From: an uncultured Candidatus Saccharibacteria bacterium
Lineage (GTDB): Bacteria; Patescibacteriota; Minisyncoccia; Phycocordibacterales; JAKAEA01
Direction: 5' to 3'
Assembly (NCBI GenBank): GCA_964532205.1
Contig: CAZHGQ010000003.1
Location: 4,382 to 68,381, forward strand
Length of the DNA stretch: 64,000 nucleotides
Shown: positions 38,289-48,978 of the stretch, piece by piece
How the letters are laid out: every line of letters starts with the position of its first letter
Position numbering within the stretch: position 1 is the first letter of the stretch
Made by a program: the position numbers and the translations under genes
The notes under the pieces: generated by a model
Databases searched by the model: none
Seen by the model: the letters and a program-made list of their open reading frames with translations, nothing else
What the model was told of the DNA's origin: nothing

Positions 38289-39464
38289 ATGAAAGACAAA
38301 CAAATTGAGAAGTTGATTTCGTCGGAAAAGGCTCGTCAAAAGAAGGTTATAAACCTCATCGCTTCGGAAAATTATGTTTCTGACGATGTGCTTAAGGCAT
38401 TGGGTTCGGAGCTCACCAATAAGTACGCTGAAGGCTATCCTACCAAGCGATACTACGGTGGCCAGACATTTATCGACAAGATTGAACAATTGGCTCAAGA
38501 GCGAGCGCTTAAACTTTTCAAGCTTTCCCCAAATAAATGGCATGTGAATGTGCAACCGCTCTCGGGTTCACCAGCTAATGTTGCTGTTTACACTGCTCTT
38601 GTACCACCGGGCGGCAAAATCATGGGTATGTCGCTCGATAACGGTGGTCACTTAACGCACGGTCACAAAGTTTCTATTACCGGCAAATTCTGGGTGCAGG
38701 TACCATACGGCGTTCATAAACAAACTGAACAAATTGATTATGATGAAATCATGGCTATTGCCACTGAGCAAAAACCAAATCTCATCGTAGCCGGTTTTAC
38801 CGCGTACCCGCGCCGGATTGATTTTAAGAAATTTAGAACCATCGCTGATGCGGCCGGCGCGGTCCTCATGGTTGACATGTCACACTTTGCTGGCTTAGTA
38901 GCTGGTGAAGCTTACCCAAGTCCATTCCAATACGCTGACGTAGTTACCACGACGGTCCACAAAACACTTCGCGGCCCACGCAGCGCTCTGATTTTTGCTA
39001 AAAAAGATGCTCGAGAATTGGACAAGAAAGTCGACAAGGCGGTGTTTCCTGGCATGCAGGGCGGCCCGCATATGAATCAGATTGCTTCTGTGGCTGTGGC
39101 ACTTAAAGAAGCAGCCACTCCAGCCTTCAAAAAATATGCGCAGCAGATCGTGAAAAATGCCAAAACACTTTCAGATGAACTCACTAAGCGAGGTTGGAAA
39201 ATTGTCTCAGGTGGTACAGATAGCCATTTAATTCTTGTTGATACGTGGATGAACGGTGCTGGTGTTTCAGGTAAAGAAGCTGGCGACCTACTCGAAAAAG
39301 CTAATATTATTGTGAATAAAAACACAATTCCAGGCGAGACTCGTTCACCAATGGATCCGTCGGGTATTCGTCTTGGTACAGCCGCCGAAACAACTCGCGG
39401 TAAGAAAGAAAAAGACATGAAGAAAATTGCTGAACTCATTGACAAAGCTTTGCGTAAAAAATAA
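38289..39464 (+). CDS. glyA: Serine hydroxymethyltransferase
   Basis: LIASEN, NKYAEGYP, GGHLTHG, TTTVHKTLRGPR. Confidence 0.97.
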   Translation: MKDKQIEKLISSEKARQKKVINLIASENYVSDDVLKALGSELTNKYAEGYPTKRYYGGQTFIDKIEQLAQERALKLFKLSPNKWHVNVQPLSGSPANVAVYTALVPPGGKIMGMSLDNGGHLTHGHKVSITGKFWVQVPYGVHKQTEQIDYDEIMAIATEQKPNLIVAGFTAYPRRIDFKKFRTIADAAGAVLMVDMSHFAGLVAGEAYPSPFQYADVVTTTVHKTLRGPRSALIFAKKDARELDKKVDKAVFPGMQGGPHMNQIASVAVALKEAATPAFKKYAQQIVKNAKTLSDELTKRGWKIVSGGTDSHLILVDTWMNGAGVSGKEAGDLLEKANIIVNKNTIPGETRSPMDPSGIRLGTAAETTRGKKEKDMKKIAELIDKALRKK

Positions 39465-39886
39465 TGAAACTGCTCATTAAAAAAGTTCACGCTGACGCAA
39501 CGGTGCCGCACTATGCACACTCAGGTGATGCAGCGTTCGATCTCTTCACGCCGGAAAAAATCGAAATCAAACCCAGTGAGCGAGTCCAAGTGCCGACTGG
39601 TATTGCTATGGAAATACCATTTGGCTTTGCCGGACTCATTTGGGACAAAAGCGGCCTATCACACAAAAATGGCCTCAAGACACTTGGTGGTGTCATTGAC
39701 GCTGGCTATCGCGGCGAGGTAAAAGTTGGTATGATAAATCTCGCCACTGAAACCTATGTTTTTGAAAAAGGACATAAGGTTGCTCAAATGATCATTCAGA
39801 AAATTGAATCACCAGAAATCGAAGAGGTGACGGAATTATCTGATACATCACGCGGTGTCGGTGGTTTTGGTAGCACTGGCAAATAA
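39464..39886 (+). CDS. dut: Trimeric dUTPase
   Basis: AAFDL, KSG, GVIDAGYRGE, AQ, RGVGGFGSTG. Confidence 0.95.
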   Translation: MKLLIKKVHADATVPHYAHSGDAAFDLFTPEKIEIKPSERVQVPTGIAMEIPFGFAGLIWDKSGLSHKNGLKTLGGVIDAGYRGEVKVGMINLATETYVFEKGHKVAQMIIQKIESPEIEEVTELSDTSRGVGGFGSTGK

Positions 39887-39887
39887 T

Positions 39888-41636
39888 ATGAATATTCACG
39901 ACACAATTAAAGACTCAATCGACAAAGCGCTCAGTACACTGGGTGTGCCTAAAGATATGGTGGATATTGTGCTCGATCATCCAGCCGAAGAAAAGTTTGG
40001 TGATTATTCGACAAACGTGGCTTTGCTCATGTCACGCCAGCTTGGTGCTTCACATAAAAATCCAGTTGAATTGGCCAATAAAATCTCAGCCACAATCAAT
40101 GAGTCGGTAAAGACGGCTGAACATACATATATAGAGAAGACTGAGGTGGCCGGCCCGGGCTTCATCAATTTCTTTTTAAGTCAGGAATTTTTTACCGACG
40201 CCCTTTCAGAAATTTTGGAAAAAACAATTTGGTACGGTAAAACCACCAAGCTGTGGAATAAAAAAATCATTATTGAGCATACCAATATGAATCCGTTCAA
40301 GCCATTTCATATTGGTCACTTGGTTAACAATGCGATTGGCGAATCAATTACCCGTACGCTTGAATTTCAAGATGCCAAAGTCAGCCGCGCTACGTACGGT
40401 GGTGACGTCGGCTTGCATGTGGCCAAAACAGTCTGGGGTGTAATGCAGAAAAAAGCTGAATTGCCAGCTCAGGGCGACACTAAGCAAAAAATTGAATTCA
40501 TCGGCATGGCCTACGCCTTTGGTTCAAATGCTTATGATACTGACGAAACCGCTCAGCAGGAAATTCAGAATATCAATAAGAAAATTTTTGAACACTCTGA
40601 CGCGGAAATAAATGAAATATATGATTGGGGTCGCGATATTAGCCTCAAGTATTTCCAGTTGATTTATAAAAAACTCGATACCCGTTTTGATTATTCATTT
40701 TATGAAAGCGAAGTTTCTGAGGAGGGGGTAAATATTGTTACCGCCTTTCTGGAGCGTGGTATTTTTGAACAAAGTCAGGGTGCGATTATTTTCCCGGGTG
40801 AAAAATATGGTTTGCATAATCGTGTCTTTATCAATTCGCTTGGTTTGCCAACATATGAAGCTAAAGAACTTGGCCTGACCAAGAAAAAGTTTGAGTTGCA
40901 TGATTATAGTCACTCAATCGTTATTACCGCTAATGAGCAGAATGATTATTTCAAGGTTATCTTAAAAGTCCTGAGCCTCATCTATCCAGAAATTGCTGAT
41001 CGCACCAGACACATTGGTCACGGCATGATGCGCCTTTCAACGGGCAAGATGAGTTCACGAAAGGGTAATGTCGTTACCGGTGAGTCACTCATTGCTGAAA
41101 TGGAAGATATGGTGACAGAAAAAGTTAAAGACCGTGAATTGCCTGAATCACAGAAGAAAGAAATTATTGAAGCGGTAGCACTTGGAGCAATTAAATATTC
41201 AATTTTGAAACAATCACTTGGCAAAGACATTGTCTTTGATCCAGAAAAGTCTATTTCGTTTGAAGGTGATTCGGGTCCGTATTTGCAATACACGTTTGTC
41301 CGTACCCAATCTATTCTTCACAAAGCCGAAGAAGAGGGAATTAGGGGCAAGATTACCAAAACCGCTGCCAATAAACTTGGTGTAACGCCGCTGCATCGTT
41401 TGCTGTATAAATTCCCAGAAGTCGTGGAGCGTTCAGCGACAGAATTTGCGCCGCATCACATCACTACATATCTGACAATGTTGGCTTCTGAGTTTAATGC
41501 CTACTACGCTAATAATAAAATTGTTGATGCTAAAGACGAAACATCAGCGTATAAAATCGCTCTCACCGAAGCGGTGGGCTGGGTCTTGAAGGATGGTTTG
41601 CACCTACTTGGTATTCATGCGCCGGAGAGGATGTAA
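39888..41636 (+). CDS. argS: Arginine--tRNA ligase
   Basis: GDYSTN, AGPGFINF, HIGH, KMSSRKG, GPYLQY, ends PERM. Confidence 0.96.
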   Translation: MNIHDTIKDSIDKALSTLGVPKDMVDIVLDHPAEEKFGDYSTNVALLMSRQLGASHKNPVELANKISATINESVKTAEHTYIEKTEVAGPGFINFFLSQEFFTDALSEILEKTIWYGKTTKLWNKKIIIEHTNMNPFKPFHIGHLVNNAIGESITRTLEFQDAKVSRATYGGDVGLHVAKTVWGVMQKKAELPAQGDTKQKIEFIGMAYAFGSNAYDTDETAQQEIQNINKKIFEHSDAEINEIYDWGRDISLKYFQLIYKKLDTRFDYSFYESEVSEEGVNIVTAFLERGIFEQSQGAIIFPGEKYGLHNRVFINSLGLPTYEAKELGLTKKKFELHDYSHSIVITANEQNDYFKVILKVLSLIYPEIADRTRHIGHGMMRLSTGKMSSRKGNVVTGESLIAEMEDMVTEKVKDRELPESQKKEIIEAVALGAIKYSILKQSLGKDIVFDPEKSISFEGDSGPYLQYTFVRTQSILHKAEEEGIRGKITKTAANKLGVTPLHRLLYKFPEVVERSATEFAPHHITTYLTMLASEFNAYYANNKIVDAKDETSAYKIALTEAVGWVLKDGLHLLGIHAPERM

Positions 41637-41673
41637 AGTTTGGAAAACCCTAAAAAAATGCTAGTATTCGGGC

Positions 41674-44600
41674 ATGGCCGAGCACAAATCCGAACGAGCG
41701 TTGCGCGAAGAAGCTATCCAAGAATTCTGGCGCGAACACGATATTTTCAAAAAAACACTGCGGAAACCTTCACCGAAGGGTGAATTTGTCTTTTATGATG
41801 GTCCACCATTCGCTACCGGTCAGCCGCACTATGGTCATATTTTGGCTGGTACGATGAAGGACGCCATTCCGCGCTATAAAACCATGCAGGGCTACCATGT
41901 GCCGCGGGTGTGGGGCTGGGATTGCCACGGTTTACCGATCGAAAATCTGGTTGAAAAAGAATTGGGCTTGAAATCTAAAAAAGATATTGAGGATTTTGGT
42001 ATTCAAAAATTTAATGAAGCGGCCCGGGCGGCGGTGCTGCGTTATGACGCTGACTGGAAGAAAATCGTGCCGCGCACGGGCCGCTTCATCGACATGGATT
42101 TGGCATACCTCACGATGCAGCCCTCATATTCTGAATCAATTTGGTGGTCATTTAAAACACTGCATGACAAAGGTTTGATCTATCAGGGTTTTAAATCGAT
42201 GCATTTGTGTCCGCATTGTGGTACGACACTTTCAAACTTCGAAGTCGCTCAGGGCTACAAAGACATCACTGATATTTCAGTGTATGTAAAATTTGAACTG
42301 GTTGATGAACCAGGTATATTTGTGCTGGCATGGACAACAACGCCGTGGACATTGCCCGGTAATGTGGCGTTGGCTGTAAAATCTGACATTCAATATGTAC
42401 AGGTTGAAGTAAAAGGCGAACAGATAATTTTAGCTAAGGACAGACTGTCAGTAATTAAAGATGAATACACAGTTATTAAAGAATTTTCTGGCGCTGAACT
42501 TGTTGGCAAAACATATAAACCAGTGTTTCCATACTACAAAGACGCCGAACTCAAACACAAAGAAAATATCTGGAAGATCGTGGCGGCAGATTTTGTGACG
42601 ACACAGGATGGTGTGGGTGTGGTCCACATTGCTCCGGGCTACGGTGAAGATGACTACGTGTTGTCATTAAAAGAAAAATTACCATTCATTCAGCATGTTG
42701 GCACTGACGGTGCCTTCAAAAAAGAGGTCACGGACTTTGCCGGCGAACAGGTAAAACCAAAAGATGATCACCAAAAAGCTGACGTCGAAATCATTAAATA
42801 TTTGGCGCATCATAATTCACTATTTGCTAAAGAAAAATTAGTTCACTCATATCCGCATTGTTGGCGCTGTGATACACCGCTGCTTAACTACGCCACAAGC
42901 TCATGGTTTGTGGAGGTCACAAAACTTAAAGACCGCCTCGTAGCAGAAAACAAAAAAGTTCATTGGGTACCGGCAGAAATTGGCGAAGGTCGCTTCGGTA
43001 AATGGCTTGAAGGCGCTCGTGACTGGGCAATTTCACGTTCACGCTACTGGGGTGCGCCATTGCCTGTCTGGATCTGTGCCGATTGTAATCAAACTGAAGT
43101 TATTGGCACGGTGGCTGATTTGAAAAAGAAAACCAAGCGCAATAACTATTTCGTTATGCGTCACGGTGAAGCTGATCACAATGTAGCCAACATTTTAAGT
43201 TCCAAGGCGACAAATCCGCATCATTTGACTGAGCGAGGGCAGGAAACAGTGGCGACGATGGCCAAAGCGCTTGTCGATAAAAATATCGACATCATTATTG
43301 CTTCACCATTTGTGCGTACCAAAGAAACGGCAGATATCGTCGTTGAAGAAATTGCCTTCAAAGGCCAGGTGCAAACAGATGAACGTCTGGCTGAATATGA
43401 TTTCGGTGATTTGGATGGCCAGAGCATTGAAAAATATCACAGCTATTATTCATCGGTGACTGAACGTTTTGAAAAACGTTTACCAAACGGCGAAAATTTG
43501 CGTGATGTTAAACAGCGCATCGGCAATTTCTTGTATGACATTGATCAGAAATACGAAGGTAAAAATATTTTGTTCGTGACACATGATGGTCCAGCCAGCA
43601 TGATTTTTGCCGTGGCTGAAGGTGCTGATGATAAAGGTATGCTTGAACTCTGGGGCATGGATCGTGACTTTCTCTCGCCGGGACAAGAGGCGGTTTTGGA
43701 ATTTTCACAGTTGCCTCATAACGGTGATTACAGTCTCGATTTGCACCGACCGTATATAGATGAGGTGACATTTTCTTGTAGCTGCGGCGGCACAATGAAG
43801 CGCGTGCCGGAAGTCTTTGATACCTGGTATGAATCAGGTTCAATGCCGTACAGTCAGATTCATTATCCATTTGAAAATAAAGATAAGATCGACAATAAGC
43901 TGCAATTTCCAGCCAACTTTATTGCCGAAGGTCAGGATCAGACTCGTGGCTGGTTCTACTCATTACTTGTGCTCTCCGTCGGTCTCTTTGATCAAACTCC
44001 ATATCAGAATGTAATTGTTAACGGTATTGTTTTGGCTGAAGATGGTCAGAAAATGTCGAAGCGCTTAAAGAATTACCCTGATGTCTCGTATGTACTCGAC
44101 AAGTATGGCGCCGATGCTATGCGTTACTACATGCTTTCTTCACCGGTTGTGAAGGCTGAAGATTTGGCTTTTTCGGAGCGGGGATTGGATGAAGTTGTGA
44201 AAAAACTTTTGATGCGCTTGCAGAATGTCTACACATTCTACGAAACATACAAAGCTGAACAAAAGCCGCATCATGTTGATTCAAAAAATGTTTTGGATCG
44301 TTGGATTTTGGCGCGCTTAGCAGAACTTACAAAAACAGTGACGGAAAGTTTGGAAAACTATGAGCTCGACCGCGCCGCAAAACCGTTTATGCTTTTTGTC
44401 GACGATCTTTCAACCTGGTATTTGCGCCGCTCACGCGATCGTTTTAAGGGTGAAGATGAAAATGATAAGCAGTCAGCGTTAAAAACTATTGAGCATGTGT
44501 TACGTGAATTGGCAAAACTTATGGCGCCATTCATGCCATTTGTCGCTGAAGATTTGTACCAAAAATTGAAGACAGAGAAATCAGAATTGAGCGTACACCT

Positions 44601-45108
44601 CGAACAGTGGCCGACACATATGCAGTTTGATGAAAACATCCTGACAGATATGAATAACGTTCGGGCATTGGTCACCAAGGCTTTGGAATTACGGGCTTCA
44701 GCAGGCCTTAAAATCCGTCAGCCATTGGCCACATTAAAACTGAACCAAAATCTCGACACTGATTTACTCAATATTATTGCTGACGAATTGAATGTTAAAG
44801 AGGTTGTTTTTGATGTCAAAACGGAAGATGTCTGGCTTGATACGACAATTTCTGAAGAATTAAAGCGTGAGGGACAGGCACGAGAGCTCCAGCGCGCAAT
44901 TCAGGATATGCGTAAAGCTGAAAAACTCAATCCAAGTGATTCGATTGTATTGAATGTGCACAGTACTCAGGCGGGTTTGGATCTAGTACATACGTTTAAA
45001 GCAGATCTGATGAAAACCTGTCGCATTACTGAAATAAAAACTGGTGCTTCTGGTCAAAAGGTGGTGATCGATGATTTGGAATTTGATCTGAGCATAGAAC
45101 GTGCCTAA
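41674..45108 (+). CDS. ileS: Isoleucine--tRNA ligase (type 2) with inserted histidine phosphatase domain
   Basis: DGPPFATG.PHYGH, WTTTPWTLPGN, DQTRGWFY, KMSKR; RHGE insert at about 43140-43710. Confidence 0.95.
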   Translation: MAEHKSERALREEAIQEFWREHDIFKKTLRKPSPKGEFVFYDGPPFATGQPHYGHILAGTMKDAIPRYKTMQGYHVPRVWGWDCHGLPIENLVEKELGLKSKKDIEDFGIQKFNEAARAAVLRYDADWKKIVPRTGRFIDMDLAYLTMQPSYSESIWWSFKTLHDKGLIYQGFKSMHLCPHCGTTLSNFEVAQGYKDITDISVYVKFELVDEPGIFVLAWTTTPWTLPGNVALAVKSDIQYVQVEVKGEQIILAKDRLSVIKDEYTVIKEFSGAELVGKTYKPVFPYYKDAELKHKENIWKIVAADFVTTQDGVGVVHIAPGYGEDDYVLSLKEKLPFIQHVGTDGAFKKEVTDFAGEQVKPKDDHQKADVEIIKYLAHHNSLFAKEKLVHSYPHCWRCDTPLLNYATSSWFVEVTKLKDRLVAENKKVHWVPAEIGEGRFGKWLEGARDWAISRSRYWGAPLPVWICADCNQTEVIGTVADLKKKTKRNNYFVMRHGEADHNVANILSSKATNPHHLTERGQETVATMAKALVDKNIDIIIASPFVRTKETADIVVEEIAFKGQVQTDERLAEYDFGDLDGQSIEKYHSYYSSVTERFEKRLPNGENLRDVKQRIGNFLYDIDQKYEGKNILFVTHDGPASMIFAVAEGADDKGMLELWGMDRDFLSPGQEAVLEFSQLPHNGDYSLDLHRPYIDEVTFSCSCGGTMKRVPEVFDTWYESGSMPYSQIHYPFENKDKIDNKLQFPANFIAEGQDQTRGWFYSLLVLSVGLFDQTPYQNVIVNGIVLAEDGQKMSKRLKNYPDVSYVLDKYGADAMRYYMLSSPVVKAEDLAFSERGLDEVVKKLLMRLQNVYTFYETYKAEQKPHHVDSKNVLDRWILARLAELTKTVTESLENYELDRAAKPFMLFVDDLSTWYLRRSRDRFKGEDENDKQSALKTIEHVLRELAKLMAPFMPFVAEDLYQKLKTEKSELSVHLEQWPTHMQFDENILTDMNNVRALVTKALELRASAGLKIRQPLATLKLNQNLDTDLLNIIADELNVKEVVFDVKTEDVWLDTTISEELKREGQARELQRAIQDMRKAEKLNPSDSIVLNVHSTQAGLDLVHTFKADLMKTCRITEIKTGASGQKVVIDDLEFDLSIERA

Positions 45109-45698
45109 TGGCTCATCATATCTACAACACCAAAGGTTTTGTCTTAGAAAGCAGTAATACCGGCGAGGCTAATAAAATGTACTCGCTGCTTACGGCTGAC
45201 GTGGGCTTAGTGCGAGCTATGGCTCAAGGGGTGCGTTTGCAAAAATCGAAACTGCGCTACAGCTTGCAAGACTTTTCGGCGGGCACAATTTCACTTGTCC
45301 GAGGCAAAGAAATTTGGCGCATTACTAGTGCTAAAATTGATCACAATCTCTACTACGATTTTAAATCACAGCCGGCCACGCGTTTGGTTGTAGCTAATAT
45401 TTTTAATTTGTTAAAGCGCCTGATTGTTGGTGAAGAAATAAATAAAAAATTATTCGAGCTTGTTTCAAATGCACTGGATTTTTTATACGCAGAAAAACTT
45501 TCAGCTGAGGAGGTCGGACTGTTTGAACGCATTGTGGTAGTACAGATTTTGCACAATCTTGGCTATATTGGCCATAAAACTGCCCTCGGTGACTTTTTAG
45601 AAGGGCAGTGGAGTCGGGAATTACTCGTCGCATTTGAGCCAAAAAAGAAGCTGGCACTGGAGGAAATTAATAACGCTCTAAGGGCTTCACAGCTATAG
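45108..45698 (+). CDS. recO: DNA repair protein RecO (short form)
   Basis: GEANK....LT...G.VRAMAQGVR..KSKL OB-fold N-terminus. Confidence 0.8.
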   Translation: MAHHIYNTKGFVLESSNTGEANKMYSLLTADVGLVRAMAQGVRLQKSKLRYSLQDFSAGTISLVRGKEIWRITSAKIDHNLYYDFKSQPATRLVVANIFNLLKRLIVGEEINKKLFELVSNALDFLYAEKLSAEEVGLFERIVVVQILHNLGYIGHKTALGDFLEGQWSRELLVAFEPKKKLALEEINNALRASQL

Positions 45699-45717
45699 CC
45701 TGTGTTATAATAATTGG

Positions 45718-47604
45718 GTGAATTTCAAGAATTCTCATAACATTGAGGATCTTCAGGATAAAATTAATGCCCGCTCTTTTGAAGCGCCAGATTTGCCACG
45801 TACCGAACTGCACAAGGATAAACAACACATTTTTAATGAGTGGCAGCATCCTGATTTGCAGGCTAAAATCAATCAGCAACAACAAAATCGCTCCAGTTCA
45901 GTTTTTAAGAAAATTTTTATTGGTTCGATTATCTTTTTCGTAGTCTGCTCGGCCCTGGCTCTGGTTATTATCTTCGGTGGCTTTAATATCATATCAACCA
46001 ATAAAGTTGATGTGGCTTTTCTGGGTCCTGTTACCATAGCAGCCGGTGAGCAGTTGTCTGTGGATGTGGATGTTAAAAACAATAACAGTACCGCTTTGGA
46101 AAATGTGGTGATGTATGTTGATTATCCTGATGGTACTAAGAACGATCAGAATAGCGCGCAGTTATCACATCAAAAAATCGAACTCGGTTCTTTGGCTGTT
46201 GGACAGAATTATCGACAAAATTTGAAAGCCATATTATTTGGTAATCAGAAAGATATTAAACAGATTAAGATTTCTGTTCAGTACAATATCAAGAATTCAA
46301 ACGACGAATTTAAAAAGGAAAAAACATACGAGGTTACACTGAGCTCGACACCACTTGTGATGACGGTTGCCCATGCCCCGCAGGTAACATCTGGTCAGGA
46401 AGTTACGTTTGATGTTGATATTGTCTCAAATGCGGCGATTGAACTGCACAATTTGCTGGTTCGAGCACAATTTCCATTCGGTTTTGAATTCAAGAGCTCT
46501 GACCCAAAGCCTTCTATTGGTCAGAATCCAATTTGGAGTATTGAGACCTTGCCGCCTGGCCAGAAAAAAACTATTCATATCACTGGTATTCTTAATGGCC
46601 AGGAAAACGATGAACGGATTTTTAGATTTGTTGTTGGGGAGCAGAGTCAAACCGATCCGACAGCCATTGCCACAACATATTTATCACAAGCTGAATCGGT
46701 AGCGGTAAAACGTCCAGCACTTCAAGCCGATGTTTTATTGAGTGATTCAGCAAGTTCAACAGTGGTTGTTGAAAAAAATAGACTGGTGAATGGTTCGTTG
46801 GCGATTACAAACAATTTAAATGTCAGCATCTCTAATGTTGAGGTTTCAGCCGTCTTTTCGGGCGCTGCTCTTGATCCAGCAAGTCCAAATCCAGCTGGTG
46901 GCGGTTACTATCAGTCACTCAATCGCACGGTAATTTGGAACAAGCAGGGTGATAAAAAATTGGCTTTGCTAGCTCCAGGAGATTCTGAGTATTTGTCATT
47001 CACGTTTAGTGCATTACCCACTGCGGCCGTTGGCAGCACGATGACTGTTAAGTTGAATGTTACCGGTACTGTGCCAAATTCTGATGGTTCATTGCAAAAA
47101 ATTACTAACACTCAGACTCGATTGGTGAAACTTCAGTCAAATGTTGGTTTGCAAGCTCGTACATTCTATTCTTCCGGTCCGTTTAAAAACACCGGCCCAA
47201 TTCCGCCTACTGTTGATAAAAAGACGACATACACCGTGACCTGGAATGTTCAGAATTCAAGTGCAATATACAATACAATTGTAAAAGGTAGATTGCCACA
47301 GGGTGTTGAGTGGGTAGGTGCGACATCGCCAGCCACAGAAAAGATTTCGTTTGATGCTGATACAAAACAGATTACCTGGAATGTGGGCGATGTTTCAACG
47401 GGCGCCCGACAGGCTTCGTTCCAAGTCAGTATCGTGCCAAGTATCAATCAGTTGGGTTTTGAACCAACCCTGGTTGAGGCCCAGACTATTACCGCTATCG
47501 ATGTCTTTACTGGTAGCAATCTTTCAACTACAATCGAAGATCTCGGCACAGATCTAAGCGCCGACTCGACAATTAAAGGTTCAGTTGGTAGTGTCATTAA
47601 ATAA
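45718..47604 (+). CDS. Single-pass membrane protein with several Ig-like (DUF11-like) domains
   Basis: TM near residue 70; repeated GxxVT..V..N / LPxG / IxWxxG strands; GPIPP.V...TTYTVTW. Confidence 0.7.
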   Translation: MNFKNSHNIEDLQDKINARSFEAPDLPRTELHKDKQHIFNEWQHPDLQAKINQQQQNRSSSVFKKIFIGSIIFFVVCSALALVIIFGGFNIISTNKVDVAFLGPVTIAAGEQLSVDVDVKNNNSTALENVVMYVDYPDGTKNDQNSAQLSHQKIELGSLAVGQNYRQNLKAILFGNQKDIKQIKISVQYNIKNSNDEFKKEKTYEVTLSSTPLVMTVAHAPQVTSGQEVTFDVDIVSNAAIELHNLLVRAQFPFGFEFKSSDPKPSIGQNPIWSIETLPPGQKKTIHITGILNGQENDERIFRFVVGEQSQTDPTAIATTYLSQAESVAVKRPALQADVLLSDSASSTVVVEKNRLVNGSLAITNNLNVSISNVEVSAVFSGAALDPASPNPAGGGYYQSLNRTVIWNKQGDKKLALLAPGDSEYLSFTFSALPTAAVGSTMTVKLNVTGTVPNSDGSLQKITNTQTRLVKLQSNVGLQARTFYSSGPFKNTGPIPPTVDKKTTYTVTWNVQNSSAIYNTIVKGRLPQGVEWVGATSPATEKISFDADTKQITWNVGDVSTGARQASFQVSIVPSINQLGFEPTLVEAQTITAIDVFTGSNLSTTIEDLGTDLSADSTIKGSVGSVIK

Positions 47605-47605
47605 T

Positions 47606-48961
47606 ATGAAAGAACAGACAACAATGGAAAAGATCATTTCGCTGGCAAAGCGACGTGGTTTTATATATCAGGGTTCGGAAGTGTATGGTGGTTTGGCCGG
47701 TACCTGGGATTATGGCCCACTTGGTGTGGCTTTAAAAAATCGAATTAAACAGCTCTGGTGGCAGCGTTTTGTGGAAGATCGCGATGATATTTTTGGCGTT
47801 GATGCGGCAATTTTAATGAATCAAAATGTCTGGAAGGCTTCCGGGCATGTGGCTGGTTTTGCTGATCCGTTGGTGGAGGATGTAAAGACAAAAAAGCGCT
47901 ATCGGGCCGATCATTTACTCGAAGAAGCTGGTGTTGATGTTCATGGTTTGAGTTTGGCGCAGATGGACAGTCTTATTAAAGAGAAGGGAATTAAAAGTCC
48001 TGATGGCAACGCTTTGGGTGATGTGCGTCAATTTAATATGATGTTCAAGACAAATGTCGGCGCTATGGAAGATGAGGGTTCGGTTTCATATTTGCGACCC
48101 GAAACCGCGCAGGGTATGTTTGTAAACTTCAAGAATGTTGTCGACTCTTTTCATCCAAAGTTACCATTTGGTCTTGGTCAAATTGGTAAAGCATTCCGTA
48201 ATGAAATTGCACCGCGTGATTTCATTTTCCGCACGCGTGAATTTGAACAAATGGAAATTGAATACTTTGTACATCCTGACAATTGGGAACAATCTTTTGA
48301 AGCCTTTCGTAAAGAGATGATCGCTTGGACACGCGATATTGGTTTGAATGCCGCTCATGTGCATGAGTTGGAAGTTGAAACAGCTGATCGAGCCCATTAT
48401 TCAAAACGTACAATTGATTTTGAATTTGACTATCCATTTGGTCGCAAAGAGTTGTACGGTTTGGCGTATCGAACCGACTATGATTTGAAAGCCCATGCGG
48501 CTGCTAGTGGCGCTAATCTGGCCTACTTTGATGAAGAAACAAAACAGGAATTTGTGCCACATGTGATTGAACCGTCATTTGGTGTTGATCGCACAGTGCT
48601 CGCGATTCTCGCCGACGCCTATACCGAAGACCAGCTCGGTGGCGAGAATCGCGCCTTCCTGCGTCTCGAAAAAACAGTTGCTCCCGTTCGCGCGGCAGTC
48701 TTTCCATTGCTTAAAAACAAACCTGCGCTCGTTGAAAAAGCGCGTGAGGTGCATGCAATGCTTAAGAAACAATTTTCAAATATTGCTTTCGATGACAATG
48801 GCAATATCGGTAAGCGTTATCGCCGTCAGGATGAAATTGGTACACCGTCATGTATTACCATCGACTTTGATACATTAGAAAATGACACTGTGACTGTGCG
48901 TAACCGTGATACGGGCGAACAGGAGCGCGTCGCTATCAGCGAGCTTGCGTCAAAAATCTAG
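47606..48961 (+). CDS. glyQS: Glycine--tRNA ligase (homodimeric type)
   Basis: YLRPETAQG, FRNEI.PR.FIFRTREFEQME, IGKRYRRQDEIGTP. Confidence 0.96.
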   Translation: MKEQTTMEKIISLAKRRGFIYQGSEVYGGLAGTWDYGPLGVALKNRIKQLWWQRFVEDRDDIFGVDAAILMNQNVWKASGHVAGFADPLVEDVKTKKRYRADHLLEEAGVDVHGLSLAQMDSLIKEKGIKSPDGNALGDVRQFNMMFKTNVGAMEDEGSVSYLRPETAQGMFVNFKNVVDSFHPKLPFGLGQIGKAFRNEIAPRDFIFRTREFEQMEIEYFVHPDNWEQSFEAFRKEMIAWTRDIGLNAAHVHELEVETADRAHYSKRTIDFEFDYPFGRKELYGLAYRTDYDLKAHAAASGANLAYFDEETKQEFVPHVIEPSFGVDRTVLAILADAYTEDQLGGENRAFLRLEKTVAPVRAAVFPLLKNKPALVEKAREVHAMLKKQFSNIAFDDNGNIGKRYRRQDEIGTPSCITIDFDTLENDTVTVRNRDTGEQERVAISELASKI

Positions 48962-48978
48962 TCCTGTATATTCATAGG

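Noticed and set aside
45108-45698. recO pseudogene
   Set aside because: ORF is intact and coupled to ileS; a short RecO lacking the zinc finger is plausible
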